The position numbers and the translations under genes are program-made. A DNA stretch of 39,956 bases, taken from positions 1-39,956 of the IMG/VR virus record IMGVR_UViG_3300028866_000012; one strand, 5' to 3'. This document shows positions 15,467 through 24,900 of this stretch, one piece after another. Below the pieces are notes generated by a model that searched no databases, was not told the DNA's origin, and saw only the letters and a list, made by a program, of their open reading frames with translations. The DNA is from a virus. Lineage: Duplodnaviria > Caudoviricetes. The number at the start of each line of letters is the position of its first letter. The stretch's first letter is position 1.

Positions 15467-17565
15467 GGGGCGCTTTTCTGATCGGGGGTTGTCGCGGCGG
15501 CCACGCCGGGCACCGCATTGGGATAGATGCGAATGGTCGGCATGCCCTTGGTCGCAGCCTGGAGCTTGGCAATGGTATCAGCCGGCGGGGCCGTGTACAG
15601 CTTCGCCTTGGCCATGGACAGGCGCGGATCTTCCGGTTTCAGGTAGCGGCCAACGGCTTGCAGCCCGTGCCCGATCGCCGGCAGCCAACGCCCCTCGGTT
15701 GCCGCGTGGAGGCCCCTGACACCGTGAGAGGCGGCGGTTGTGTCGGCCCGCATATCTTCGGCCAGCTTGTCAGCGGAATTGGAACCGGCATAGGTGGATG
15801 CCCACGCCTGCCACATCTTGTGTTCGGCGTTCAGCGAGGCGAAGAACCGCTCGAACGAAGCGTCGTCGGGGAACATCGCGCGCATCTGCCGCTTGGCGTA
15901 CGGCAGCATGAGCTGCCTCACCTCGTCGCCCTTCTCGCCGGTTTTCTGCACCATCTTGCGCATGGTGTTCGCCGCGCCGAGCTTGAAAAACTCCCGCTCG
16001 TTACCCGTCATCTTCCGAAATGAATCTTCGATTTCCTCCGGTTCCATCTTGAAGATATTCTGCCCCTGCCGCATGGCGGCCATGCTGACGGTCGGGCCGC
16101 CCCACGCTTCGCGTGCGGCCCTGTAGTCGGGGCTAAGACGGTCAAGCTCCCGCAGAACGCCGTTCTTTAACTTGGATATGGCAACGCCCTCTTGCGTCAG
16201 CCGCCCAGTTAGCGGGTCTTTGGCGGCTTCGATCTGCGCATCCAGGCCCTTCTTCACCACATTCCACAATTTGAGATTGGGCACCTGGCCGAGATTGATC
16301 GTGCCATCCGGATCTATGCTGGTAATGCCATAGCTCGTTGCGTCGAGCGGGCGCCCCTCGCCCTGCGCTTCGTCACGCTCGATGGCCCAGCCCTTTTTCA
16401 TGCCCTGCTGAATGCGCGGATTGGTATCCAGCAGCTCCTCCAAATAGGTGCTGTCGAGCGGCTTGTGATTGGCGAATGCCTTTTCGTACAGCGGCTTGGC
16501 AGCCTTGGACCGGGCATCCTGTAGCGCCTGGTCGACGTAATACCTCGCCCCGCCGCCCAGTTCATTGCTAATGTCAGTGCTGACGCGCGTGCCGGTATCG
16601 ATGTCGCGGTCACGGAAGAATTTTGCGATGTGTGCTTTGGCATCGCCTGGCGCGCGGGCGATCTTGCCCAGCAGCCCCTTGGCGTTTTCATCGGCCACGT
16701 CGGCAAAGGCCATGGGCTTGCCCGGCGTGGCGTTGGCAAGATCGAGCATGTCCTGGAATGAGGCGCCGCCGCCCTTCTGGTCAGACTGCACGCGCGCCAG
16801 CACCTGCTGAACCGCCTTGTCGTTGACGGCATCCTGCCCATGCACACCCGTCACCCACCGGGCAAGATGCGCCACGGGCTCGGCGATTGCGCCCACGGCC
16901 CCGCCGGTGACGGTGCCCGCGATAGCCTGCTCTGCCTTTTTCTCCGCGAAACTCCCCTGCGACGCAACCGGCTGCATCATCCCCGTTGTGGCGCCCTGGA
17001 TGGCGGCTGAGCCGATGCGACGGGCCATGTTCGCATCCCCCAGAACGCTTGCCGGGCCGGCGTAGTTGGCCGGGCTGGCGACATCACCAGCGATCCGCCA
17101 CCAGTCAATGCCCTTGGGCGTCTGTGCCTGGATCGTCTTCTCGCGTTGCTCGGCTTCCTCATCCATGCCGCCCGGCGGGAGTTTTTCAACCAGCCCGGTC
17201 TTGTCCGCGAGCCAGTTGTTGAACTGATTGACCGGCTTGACGATGGCATCCGGCAGCACGTGCGTCAGCAGTTGCGCCCCGCCCTCTATCGGGTCTTTCA
17301 GCCCCGTGCCGAACCGATCCAGGGGAGACATCGTGGGGGCGTCAGAGGCTACGGGGGGCGCGGCCTTGGGCTCCTGCGGTCTGACGACGGTTGTTGGTAT
17401 TGGCGTTGGGGCTGGCGTCTGCGCAACGGGCGCCTGCATCCATGCCGGCACGCGCGCCGGTGGCGCGCCGGGCTTGGGCGGGCGCAATCCGTTCGGGTCG
17501 AGACCGGGCCTGAGCAGGGGATTATCCTGCTGCGAGACGACAACCTGGGCGTCCTGCCATCCCAT
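15463..17565 (-). CDS. Putative internal virion / DNA ejection protein (700 aa)
   Basis: Large, helical, Ala/Gly-rich with a Pro-rich N-terminus; third of three coupled large genes in the podovirus ejection-protein position. Confidence 0.6.
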   Translation of the reverse strand: MGWQDAQVVVSQQDNPLLRPGLDPNGLRPPKPGAPPARVPAWMQAPVAQTPAPTPIPTTVVRPQEPKAAPPVASDAPTMSPLDRFGTGLKDPIEGGAQLLTHVLPDAIVKPVNQFNNWLADKTGLVEKLPPGGMDEEAEQREKTIQAQTPKGIDWWRIAGDVASPANYAGPASVLGDANMARRIGSAAIQGATTGMMQPVASQGSFAEKKAEQAIAGTVTGGAVGAIAEPVAHLARWVTGVHGQDAVNDKAVQQVLARVQSDQKGGGASFQDMLDLANATPGKPMAFADVADENAKGLLGKIARAPGDAKAHIAKFFRDRDIDTGTRVSTDISNELGGGARYYVDQALQDARSKAAKPLYEKAFANHKPLDSTYLEELLDTNPRIQQGMKKGWAIERDEAQGEGRPLDATSYGITSIDPDGTINLGQVPNLKLWNVVKKGLDAQIEAAKDPLTGRLTQEGVAISKLKNGVLRELDRLSPDYRAAREAWGGPTVSMAAMRQGQNIFKMEPEEIEDSFRKMTGNEREFFKLGAANTMRKMVQKTGEKGDEVRQLMLPYAKRQMRAMFPDDASFERFFASLNAEHKMWQAWASTYAGSNSADKLAEDMRADTTAASHGVRGLHAATEGRWLPAIGHGLQAVGRYLKPEDPRLSMAKAKLYTAPPADTIAKLQAATKGMPTIRIYPNAVPGVAAATTPDQKSAP

Positions 17566-19412
17566 TAGGGCTTCTTCCGCACGATGCCGTCCGGACCAAC
17601 GAACAATGTGCCGGACGGCAGGGCGTCATAATCCCCATCCTCACGTCCCGGCGTGAGAACAACGGGATGGGAATCGCCCTTGATCAGCGGGACGTCATGC
17701 GCCGCCTGCCCCTGCTGGGTCAGGTCGGGCTTGAGGCCGGCGCGGAAATTCGCCTGACTGTCCTGCCTCGCTTTCGCGGTTCCGGTCAGCATCGCCTGTG
17801 CCTCTTTCTCCAGGCGGTCCATCTGGCGCTGATAGACGGCGTCGGTTCGGGCGATCGACAACAGATCGTAGGCGTGTTGCCGCGCGCCTTCGGTTGAGGC
17901 GCCAGAGCGCGTTGCAACGCCGGCAAAGCCGTTGGCAACCGCCTGATTGGCCAGTGCGAAATCCGCCAGATCGGGATCGTCGGCCTGCCCTTGAAGGGCC
18001 TGGCGCAATTTGTCAGCACCGAAGAAGCCCCAGCGAACCACCTTCTGCGACGCTTCGCGCGCCTGGGGGATGGTCACGGACAACTCTTGCGCGCCGATAT
18101 CGAGCTTTGATCCGACGCGAGCAATGTTGGTCTGCTCGGCCATCGCCGCATGGAACCTGATCGTCGCGTCAGCCAAGTCCGCGCCGCTGCCGCCGCGGGC
18201 GCGAATAATCTCGCCCAGTTCCTTGTCCACCAGACCGATGTTGGCCGGGGTGCGCGCCAGGCCGGCGAGAGGCTGGTAGTTTCCCGCATCCGCCGACTGG
18301 GCGAGGATATGCGCGTCCTCTGGCGAGATCGTCGCCGGCTGCGACGAGCCGATTTTGGAAATGCCCTTGGGCGCCTCGATCGCGTTGCCCTGTAGGTCGG
18401 TGTACTCGGGCTTGCCGCTGACATTACGACGATAGCCCTGCGCCCCCGTCTCAGGATCGGTGAACGGCTGCCACGTCCCAGCCGCGGCTGACGCCGGTTT
18501 CAAGGCGCCCGCGCCGAGCTGGAGGATGCTTTCGGCCAGCCGCTGACCGCGCTCTACTAGAGCCGGATCGCCGCTCAAAATATCTTGCTTCGCGCTGTCG
18601 AGACGCACGTCATTGAGGTCTGTCGACTGCCGCGTGGCGACTGTAGACCCCTTGCCGGCGGAGTCTGCCCGCATCTGCTTGCGCAGAACGTCAATGGCCT
18701 CGGCCTGCTTTGTCGGGTCATCTGACCCAAGCCCCTCGGCGACAGCGATGTGGCCCTGAAGAAATGTCTCCGCGCCCGCCTGAGCGGCCTGCGTTGCCGC
18801 AGTCTGCTTTTTTCGAGCGAACAGCAGGTTCTTCACCTCATCAATGCCGCCATGCGCGTATGCCTGCTGCAACACCTCGTCTTTGTAGGCCAGAACGCTG
18901 GTCTGCAATTCAGCTCGGCCCGCCGCAGCGTCCGTGCTCATCTTTTTCAGCGCTGAATCGTAAACCTTTTCCTGATACTGCGACAGCTTGAGAGCGTTAG
19001 CGCTCTCGATTTTCCACTCGTCATATTTCTGCTTGGCAAGTGCTGCATCCTTGTCGGATGTGGCCTTGAGCACGCCGCCCATGGCCTGGATCGCATTTAC
19101 GAACGGCCGGCGCGTGAACAGGCTGCCAAGTGCGGCGATCCACATAGCAGGCTGGCCGAAAGCCTGGAACGGATCGGTGTTGGCCTCTTGCTTGGGCGGC
19201 TTCTGGATGACCGGCATCACTGGTTTGCTGGCCTCCGCCTCGGCGCGGTCCTGCTCCAGTCGATCCGAAAGGGCGGCTGTCGGCGGCGGCATCCCGCGCG
19301 TGGCACCAGTCGCGGCCGGCGACATCCGCGGCTTGGGCTGCTCCGGCGGCTTTTGCTCCTGGAGCGGCGGGGCTCCGCTGGTGTTTGGGTCGGCTGAGAA
19401 TGACGCGCTCAC
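17565..19412 (-). CDS. Putative internal virion / DNA ejection protein (615 aa)
   Basis: Ala/Gln-rich helical protein ending YDALPSGTLFVGPDGIVRKKP, a C-terminal motif I recall from phage ejection-type proteins. Coupled to both neighbours. Confidence 0.6.
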   Translation of the reverse strand: MSASFSADPNTSGAPPLQEQKPPEQPKPRMSPAATGATRGMPPPTAALSDRLEQDRAEAEASKPVMPVIQKPPKQEANTDPFQAFGQPAMWIAALGSLFTRRPFVNAIQAMGGVLKATSDKDAALAKQKYDEWKIESANALKLSQYQEKVYDSALKKMSTDAAAGRAELQTSVLAYKDEVLQQAYAHGGIDEVKNLLFARKKQTAATQAAQAGAETFLQGHIAVAEGLGSDDPTKQAEAIDVLRKQMRADSAGKGSTVATRQSTDLNDVRLDSAKQDILSGDPALVERGQRLAESILQLGAGALKPASAAAGTWQPFTDPETGAQGYRRNVSGKPEYTDLQGNAIEAPKGISKIGSSQPATISPEDAHILAQSADAGNYQPLAGLARTPANIGLVDKELGEIIRARGGSGADLADATIRFHAAMAEQTNIARVGSKLDIGAQELSVTIPQAREASQKVVRWGFFGADKLRQALQGQADDPDLADFALANQAVANGFAGVATRSGASTEGARQHAYDLLSIARTDAVYQRQMDRLEKEAQAMLTGTAKARQDSQANFRAGLKPDLTQQGQAAHDVPLIKGDSHPVVLTPGREDGDYDALPSGTLFVGPDGIVRKKP

Positions 19413-20716
19413 GGGGATGCCTGATTGACCGTTACAGTCGGCCGGGCGGCGCCGGCCGCCAGCGTCGTCAGCGCATTCCCCAACTGCTGATCATTTTGCA
19501 TATTGGCGCCCATGATTTTACTATAGAGCTGCGCCGACAGATTGCTTTCCGAGATGCCCGTATCGAGCAACTGAGTTGCTATCTGCGCGCCCTGGCTGGC
19601 GAGCGTGTTTTGCACATTTGCGATGTCCTGCGCCTCGGCGGTACTTCCCGCATCCCCGCGCGCCGCGTACTGCGATTTGATCGAGGCCGTGGCGGCACTG
19701 CCGGCCTGCTGCAACGATGTCTGAACGCCGGGCGGCAAGGTGCCTGTCTGTAGATACGATTGTAGCTGACTGCCCTGCGAGGCGAGCTGCCCGGCCTGCG
19801 CATTTAGCTGGTTGTAACCCGGAATGTTGCCCAGGCCCTCGCTGGATTTCAGCCCTTGATAGCCAACCAGGGCAGCCGGCAGAAGCCAGTTGGCATTGTT
19901 GCCCAGGAAGTGTCCAACCCCGCCGAGGGCGGAACCCACCCCGCTAGACGGTGATCCGGCGCCGGCGGCGAGGCCGCCGTTGACCGTCGAGTTGCCAAAC
20001 GACAGCCCGCCGTCAACGTTGCCAGCGCCAGCACCGCCAGCCGGCGGGACAGGCGGCACGGGCAGCCCATTGGTTGCGGCGCCCGCGGCGCTTGTCAGGC
20101 CGCTGCCCGGCGTGCCGGCGGCATCAAACGCCGCCGTATCCCCAACACTCCCGAGCGGCCCCGACGTGACGGCGCCGCCGCCCTGTGCGAACGCATCCGT
20201 CGCGGTGACACCGGGGGTGTAGCCGCCAGCGGCGGCAGCGGGCGCATCGGACGAGAACAGCGTCAAGGCATCACCGGCGCCGGGTGCAATGGAGGCTGGC
20301 GCGGCTGCGCCAGCAGCCGAGACGCCCGCGCCTCCGCCCAGTGATCCGAGCGTGCCAGCACCCGCCCCGCCAGGGGCTGCGGCAAGGCCGGTTGTTGCGC
20401 CGACAGCGCCGGCAAGCCCGGCATTGGCTGAGGCGGCACCTGCGCCACCCGCAAGAGCGTCCGTTGCGGCGGCGCCACCGATGACGCTGCCAAGACCGCC
20501 GCCCAGCGCCGCATCAGCGCCCCCGGCAGCGAGAGCGTCCGTTGCGGCGGCGCCACCGATGACGCTGCCAAGACCCCCGGCAGCGAGAGCGTCCGTTGCG
20601 GCGGCGCCACCGATGACGCTGCCAAGGCCACCAATGGCAGCATCGGCGCCAACGTCAGCAACGGCGGCGCCGCCAAGAGCATCTGCAATGCCGCCAATTG
20701 CTGCCGTAATACCCAT
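19409..20716 (-). CDS. Putative DNA pilot / ejection protein, Gly/Ala-rich
   Basis: Gly-zipper-like N-terminal half and Gln-rich amphipathic C-terminal half; follows a GNAT gene, as is common in podovirus-type genomes. Confidence 0.6.
   Translation of the reverse strand: MGITAAIGGIADALGGAAVADVGADAAIGGLGSVIGGAAATDALAAGGLGSVIGGAAATDALAAGGADAALGGGLGSVIGGAAATDALAGGAGAASANAGLAGAVGATTGLAAAPGGAGAGTLGSLGGGAGVSAAGAAAPASIAPGAGDALTLFSSDAPAAAAGGYTPGVTATDAFAQGGGAVTSGPLGSVGDTAAFDAAGTPGSGLTSAAGAATNGLPVPPVPPAGGAGAGNVDGGLSFGNSTVNGGLAAGAGSPSSGVGSALGGVGHFLGNNANWLLPAALVGYQGLKSSEGLGNIPGYNQLNAQAGQLASQGSQLQSYLQTGTLPPGVQTSLQQAGSAATASIKSQYAARGDAGSTAEAQDIANVQNTLASQGAQIATQLLDTGISESNLSAQLYSKIMGANMQNDQQLGNALTTLAAGAARPTVTVNQASP
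20454..20626. repeat. Three identical 41-bp coding repeats (54-bp period for copies 2-3)
   Basis: AGAGCGTCCGTTGCGGCGGCGCCACCGATGACGCTGCCAAG at 20454, 20532 and 20586, encoding LGSVIGGAAATDAL three times. Confidence 0.95.
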
Positions 20717-21175
20717 TTACAAAACCTTTCCAACGCCCCATTCGATATCAGAATGACCTAGAGCCAACAACAAACGATGCGCTGCCGGGTGCGCCGTTTT
20801 GCCGGTCGTGTGCATCACCTGGACGCCGATTTCCCGAAGCTCTGTTTCCATCACATTGAACAGCCGCGCGCCAAGCAACCGGCCGCGATGTTCGGGAGCA
20901 ATCCAGTAAATATCACTGACCGCCCACTTCACGCCCTGGTAGTGGGGGTGCTGACGAATGAAATAAACGGCATAACCGATCAGCGCGCCCTCACGGCGCG
21001 CTGTCACGCAAACAATGCCACCCATATCTTCCAGGCGCTTGTAGAACGCTCTGTCTATATCGACGCCAGACAACTCCTTCGTCCAGGCAATTTCATCCCA
21101 ATGACGCTCCAGTAGCGGATGGGCTTCATCAATGGTGTCCTGGACGCGCTCGCGTTGAAGGGTGAATTCACTCAT
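20717..21175 (-). CDS. GNAT-family acetyltransferase
   Basis: LIGYAVYF...DIYWIAPEHRGRLLGARLF (acetyl-CoA motif A)...AHRLLLALGH. Confidence 0.8.
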   Translation of the reverse strand: MSEFTLQRERVQDTIDEAHPLLERHWDEIAWTKELSGVDIDRAFYKRLEDMGGIVCVTARREGALIGYAVYFIRQHPHYQGVKWAVSDIYWIAPEHRGRLLGARLFNVMETELREIGVQVMHTTGKTAHPAAHRLLLALGHSDIEWGVGKVL

Positions 21176-21383
21176 CGCGCTTGCCCTTCGATACGGCGCG
21201 CAGAATATGATTCAGCCCCTCCTTCAACTGGCCGACGCCCTGATCGACAGCCCCCATATCCACGCCAGGAACCCTGCGGATATGTCCGATCATGGTTTCC
21301 ACTTCCTGCGCCACGCGCCGGGCCTCATCCCCAAGGGTTTTCTGTGCAGCAATCCCCTTCGTTGCCCCTGCCAATGCGTCCAT
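21168..21383 (-). CDS. Hypothetical helical protein (71 aa)
   Basis: TAATG coupling at 21383; MDALAGATKG...; overlaps the GNAT start. Confidence 0.6.
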   Translation of the reverse strand: MDALAGATKGIAAQKTLGDEARRVAQEVETMIGHIRRVPGVDMGAVDQGVGQLKEGLNHILRAVSKGKRDE

Positions 21384-21721
21384 TATGTCACCCCTAGCGC
21401 GGCCGAGGCCGTGTAGTGCTCCTGGTAGTGCAGATAGACCCACGCCTCCAGTTCGGAGCGGTTTTTGTAATCCACCTGCAAGAGATCACTCCCGCGCGTG
21501 CCGAGAACGCCGTTCATGTCGTCGTGCGCCTGCTGGTTGTAGTTGAGAAAGTTTTCAAATGCGGTCAGGTCGATCGGATCGATCGGGTAGAAATCCAGGT
21601 TCGTGCCGTACTTCGTCTGGATCGCATTGCGGATCAACTGGTGCTGATCACGGTGGCTGAAACTCCAGATGCTCCAGTCCTCGCTGGATTGCGGCACAAA
21701 CAGAAGATTGGCGAGCGGCAT
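21383..21721 (-). CDS. Hypothetical protein, His-patterned (112 aa)
   Basis: Coupled on both sides; repeated H...H or Q..H helices (HRDQH, QQAH, HYQEH). Confidence 0.75.
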   Translation of the reverse strand: MPLANLLFVPQSSEDWSIWSFSHRDQHQLIRNAIQTKYGTNLDFYPIDPIDLTAFENFLNYNQQAHDDMNGVLGTRGSDLLQVDYKNRSELEAWVYLHYQEHYTASAALGVT

Positions 21722-21930
21722 CAGCGCCGCCGGCGCTGATAGGCTGACACCTGGATGAAGCTCTGCTCGGCCTGAAGGGAGCGCGGATCAGTCTCCCCGC
21801 CGACCGCCGATTCCCCGCCCTGGTAGTTCACCAGGGTTTCGTCAGGAACCTGAGCAACCATTCCCTTGGGATTCTCGCCCCCAGCGAGAAATTTTACCCA
21901 GTTTTCCCGCAAGCCCGTGTGGTTCGCCAT
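21721..21930 (-). CDS. Hypothetical protein (~69 aa)
   Basis: GGAGGTG RBS before ATG ATG GCG; TGATG coupling to the next gene. Confidence 0.6.
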   Translation of the reverse strand: MANHTGLRENWVKFLAGGENPKGMVAQVPDETLVNYQGGESAVGGETDPRSLQAEQSFIQVSAYQRRRR

Positions 21931-24900
21931 CATCACCTCCAAAACTCACGTTGTGAATATACCACGAGTTATCGTCTTCGGCAGATGGCTCGTCATCCTT
22001 CTCGCCAAGGATGAACAGTGCCGGATGGTATGAGCAGGCCGTGGGCGGCTGCCATGCGGCGAAGCCCGATGGCGTGGCAATGGCGAACGGCCCGGCCGCG
22101 TTGAGCGTGACCGTGGTGGTCAGATCCTGGGTGCCGAAATAGGGGAAGCAGGGGCAGGTGAGGCCGCTGAAGGACAGCCCGCCAGTGCCGGTGCCGGGGT
22201 TGGCGGTGCTGCTGTTGTTCCACGTCCGCCCGGCTGCGCGCGTCTCGGGGGTGGTGATCCACAGGAGATCGGCGCCAAGGTCAGCACAAAGCGTGATGTA
22301 GTCGCCATTGGCAGCCGCCGCCACGGTGCCGCTGAGAAGCGTGACGCCGTTGAAAAACACACTCTGCGGCGTTCCGCCGGACGGGTAGAATGCGACGGCG
22401 TTGTTGTCGCGCCCTGGGGTGAAGCTGCCGGCCAGAACCTCGCTTGCATTGGCAAGGCCAAGAGATTCATCAACGGTCACGACCGATGCCATGACTTCGT
22501 AACAAACTTTGCCCGTGCTCTGCGAGAGCGTGGCCCGCGTGCCGCCGATGGCCGATCCGGTTCCGGTCGCCGTGAGGTTGTTGTTCGAGAGCGTGATGCT
22601 GGGCGAGGTATCGCCGGGGTTCCAGCTCACCACCGTTGATCCGCCGCCGCCACCGCCGCCACAGATCGAGCAGATGATCTGCCCGCGGTTGATGACGACG
22701 CTGTTGTTGATCGCCGTCTTCGTATCGGTGGTGTTGGTCAGAAGCTCCATGCCCCACCCAACGGCCGGGGGGTTGTTGCCGGACCACCACTGCTGCCAGC
22801 CCACCACATTAGGGGTGTATGTCTGGATTTGGCTGATCAGCGTGGATTCCAAAAAGGACACATCACCACCGCCGGTGTTGCCGCCAAGGTTGGAGCCGAA
22901 TTCGGCGTACAACATCGGCTTCCCGTACGTCGACATGGTGTTGTAATCGCCCTGTGAATCGTTGCCGGGGTTGTCCGAATAGATATCCCACCCGACGATA
23001 TCGGCGTAGGCCGCGCCGGGATAAAGCGATGAATCACAGGTGCCGCCACGGCAAGCGTTCGGAGAAAAAATGAACGCCAGGTTGGTGAGCCCCTTCGTCT
23101 TGACCAGATAATCGTGCATATATTGAAATATCGCAATATTCTGCGCTGCCGTTATGCCGCTGCCGCCACCGCCGCAACAGCTCCCCGTGCCAAACCAAAA
23201 CCAGTTTCCGTTGCTCTCGATCAGGCTGCGGTACATCAGAATAATGCCGGCGTTCTGATAGTCCTGGAGCATCATCGCGAGTGCGTTCAGCTCTGCGTTG
23301 AAATTCGTGTTTGCCGTGGTGCCCGCTTGCACGACATCGCCCCAGCCGCCCGCCGGAACGCTTTGATCCGAGCCCCACAGGGCGCTGCCGTTGTCGGCTG
23401 GATTGTTCGGCCAGAAGTTCATAATGAGCAATCCGCCGGCGTTCCAGTACGGAATGGCGTAGCTTTCGCAGTAATTGACAACGGTCGTGCCCTGCGCCGC
23501 ATCGCAGCCGAGCATGGCTGGGTACTGGCCGGTGATGTTCTGAATAAGCGGAAAGGACGCATAGCCGTACGGGCTCGGCGGGCTGGAGCCGTTGTTTTCA
23601 GTGAACTGGCCAGAGAGGATGTGATTCCCCGCCAGGCTGTTCAGATATTTTATGAGGTTGGTGACCGAGTTTATCCCGCTCGGGCCGCTGGAGCTGGTGA
23701 CCACGGCAAAGGAATTCGATGTTGTGGCAATGCCGGTGTTGTTGGCGTCCCTCACCGCAACGGTGTTGGCCGTGCTGGTGGCCTGCCCCGGCACGGTGAA
23801 CATGAAGCTGCTTGTGGTGACCGGCGATCCGTTCGGGAGCGCGGTCCAAGCGCCGCCGTTGACGCTGTATTGCAGCGTGGGGATCGTGGTAACGCCACTG
23901 ATTGTCCCGCCCACGGTGAAGGACATGTTGGATTTCTGCTGTGCGATCGTGCCGACAGTGATTGTCTCGCCGCCGATTGTCGGCGCCGCGATGAGGGATG
24001 CCACCGATGTTCCGTAGGGCGACATGACCGATGTCCCGTTGACGGTGAGGCTGTCGCAGCATGTGTAAGAGCTGTTCCAAACCCACGCGATAGAGCCGAA
24101 AGCGTTCGATCCGTTCGCGTACGTCCCAACAGCGGTCACGACATTCTGCCCGTTCGCATCAATCGTCGTGCCATTGGTCGAATTGCCGTACTCGCCGATG
24201 AAAACCGGCATCACGCCGTCAGCGCTGGGGATGGTCTGTGCCGCCAGAATACCCGTCGCCTGATACTGGGTTGGCGACGAACAGCAGCTTGGGCTGTCGT
24301 AAGCGCTGCCCAGGAGGAAATCGTTCACTGTCGCCTGCGTCGTGCTGTACCCGCTGGCAAATCCATAATAGTGCAGGTTCCAGACCACGCCTTTCATGGT
24401 CGAAAACACCGATGGCGTCATTGGCAAGCCATAGGTCTGATAGGCGGTCTGGGTATAGGCGCCGACCGTGCCAGGATCGCCGCCGGACGGTTCCTCCAGC
24501 ATAACGATCGTGTTGTTGCCGGTTCCGCGAATGGCGTTATAGGTCGCCTGCTCCCACGTCGCGAGGCCGGGCAAACTGATAGTGCCGCCCTGCGTCGAGC
24601 ACGAGTCCGAAGTTGTGCCCGTCACGAATGACGGCTCGTTATTGGTGGTGAACCACACATAGGGGTTGTTGATGTAGTACGCCGCCATGCTGGCGTACCA
24701 GTTCGATTCCGTCGTCAGAATCGAACCAGTGAATATGTCGCCGCAGCCGCCGCCGACGTTCCCGGCCGATGTGCCGTCTGTGAAAAAGTTCTGCCCGTTG
24801 CCGAAAAGGACCACGATGCCGGCCTGCGTCATCGTGTTGACGAATGCGGAATAGGTGCTGGGCGCGGCGTAAGAGAATGCGTAAACCTCGACAATCTTGG

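Noticed and set aside
20454-20626. Possible CRISPR array (41-bp repeats with a 37-bp first spacer)
   Set aside because: Only three copies, spacers of 37 and 13 bp that share sequence, all in frame within a CDS, and no cas genes.
23114-24631. 505-aa plus-strand ORF, and similar long antisense ORFs such as 36038-37108, 25355-26044 and 13080-13763
   Set aside because: These are Arg/Ala-rich shadow frames opposite well-supported genes, as expected from GC-rich codon bias; no motifs.
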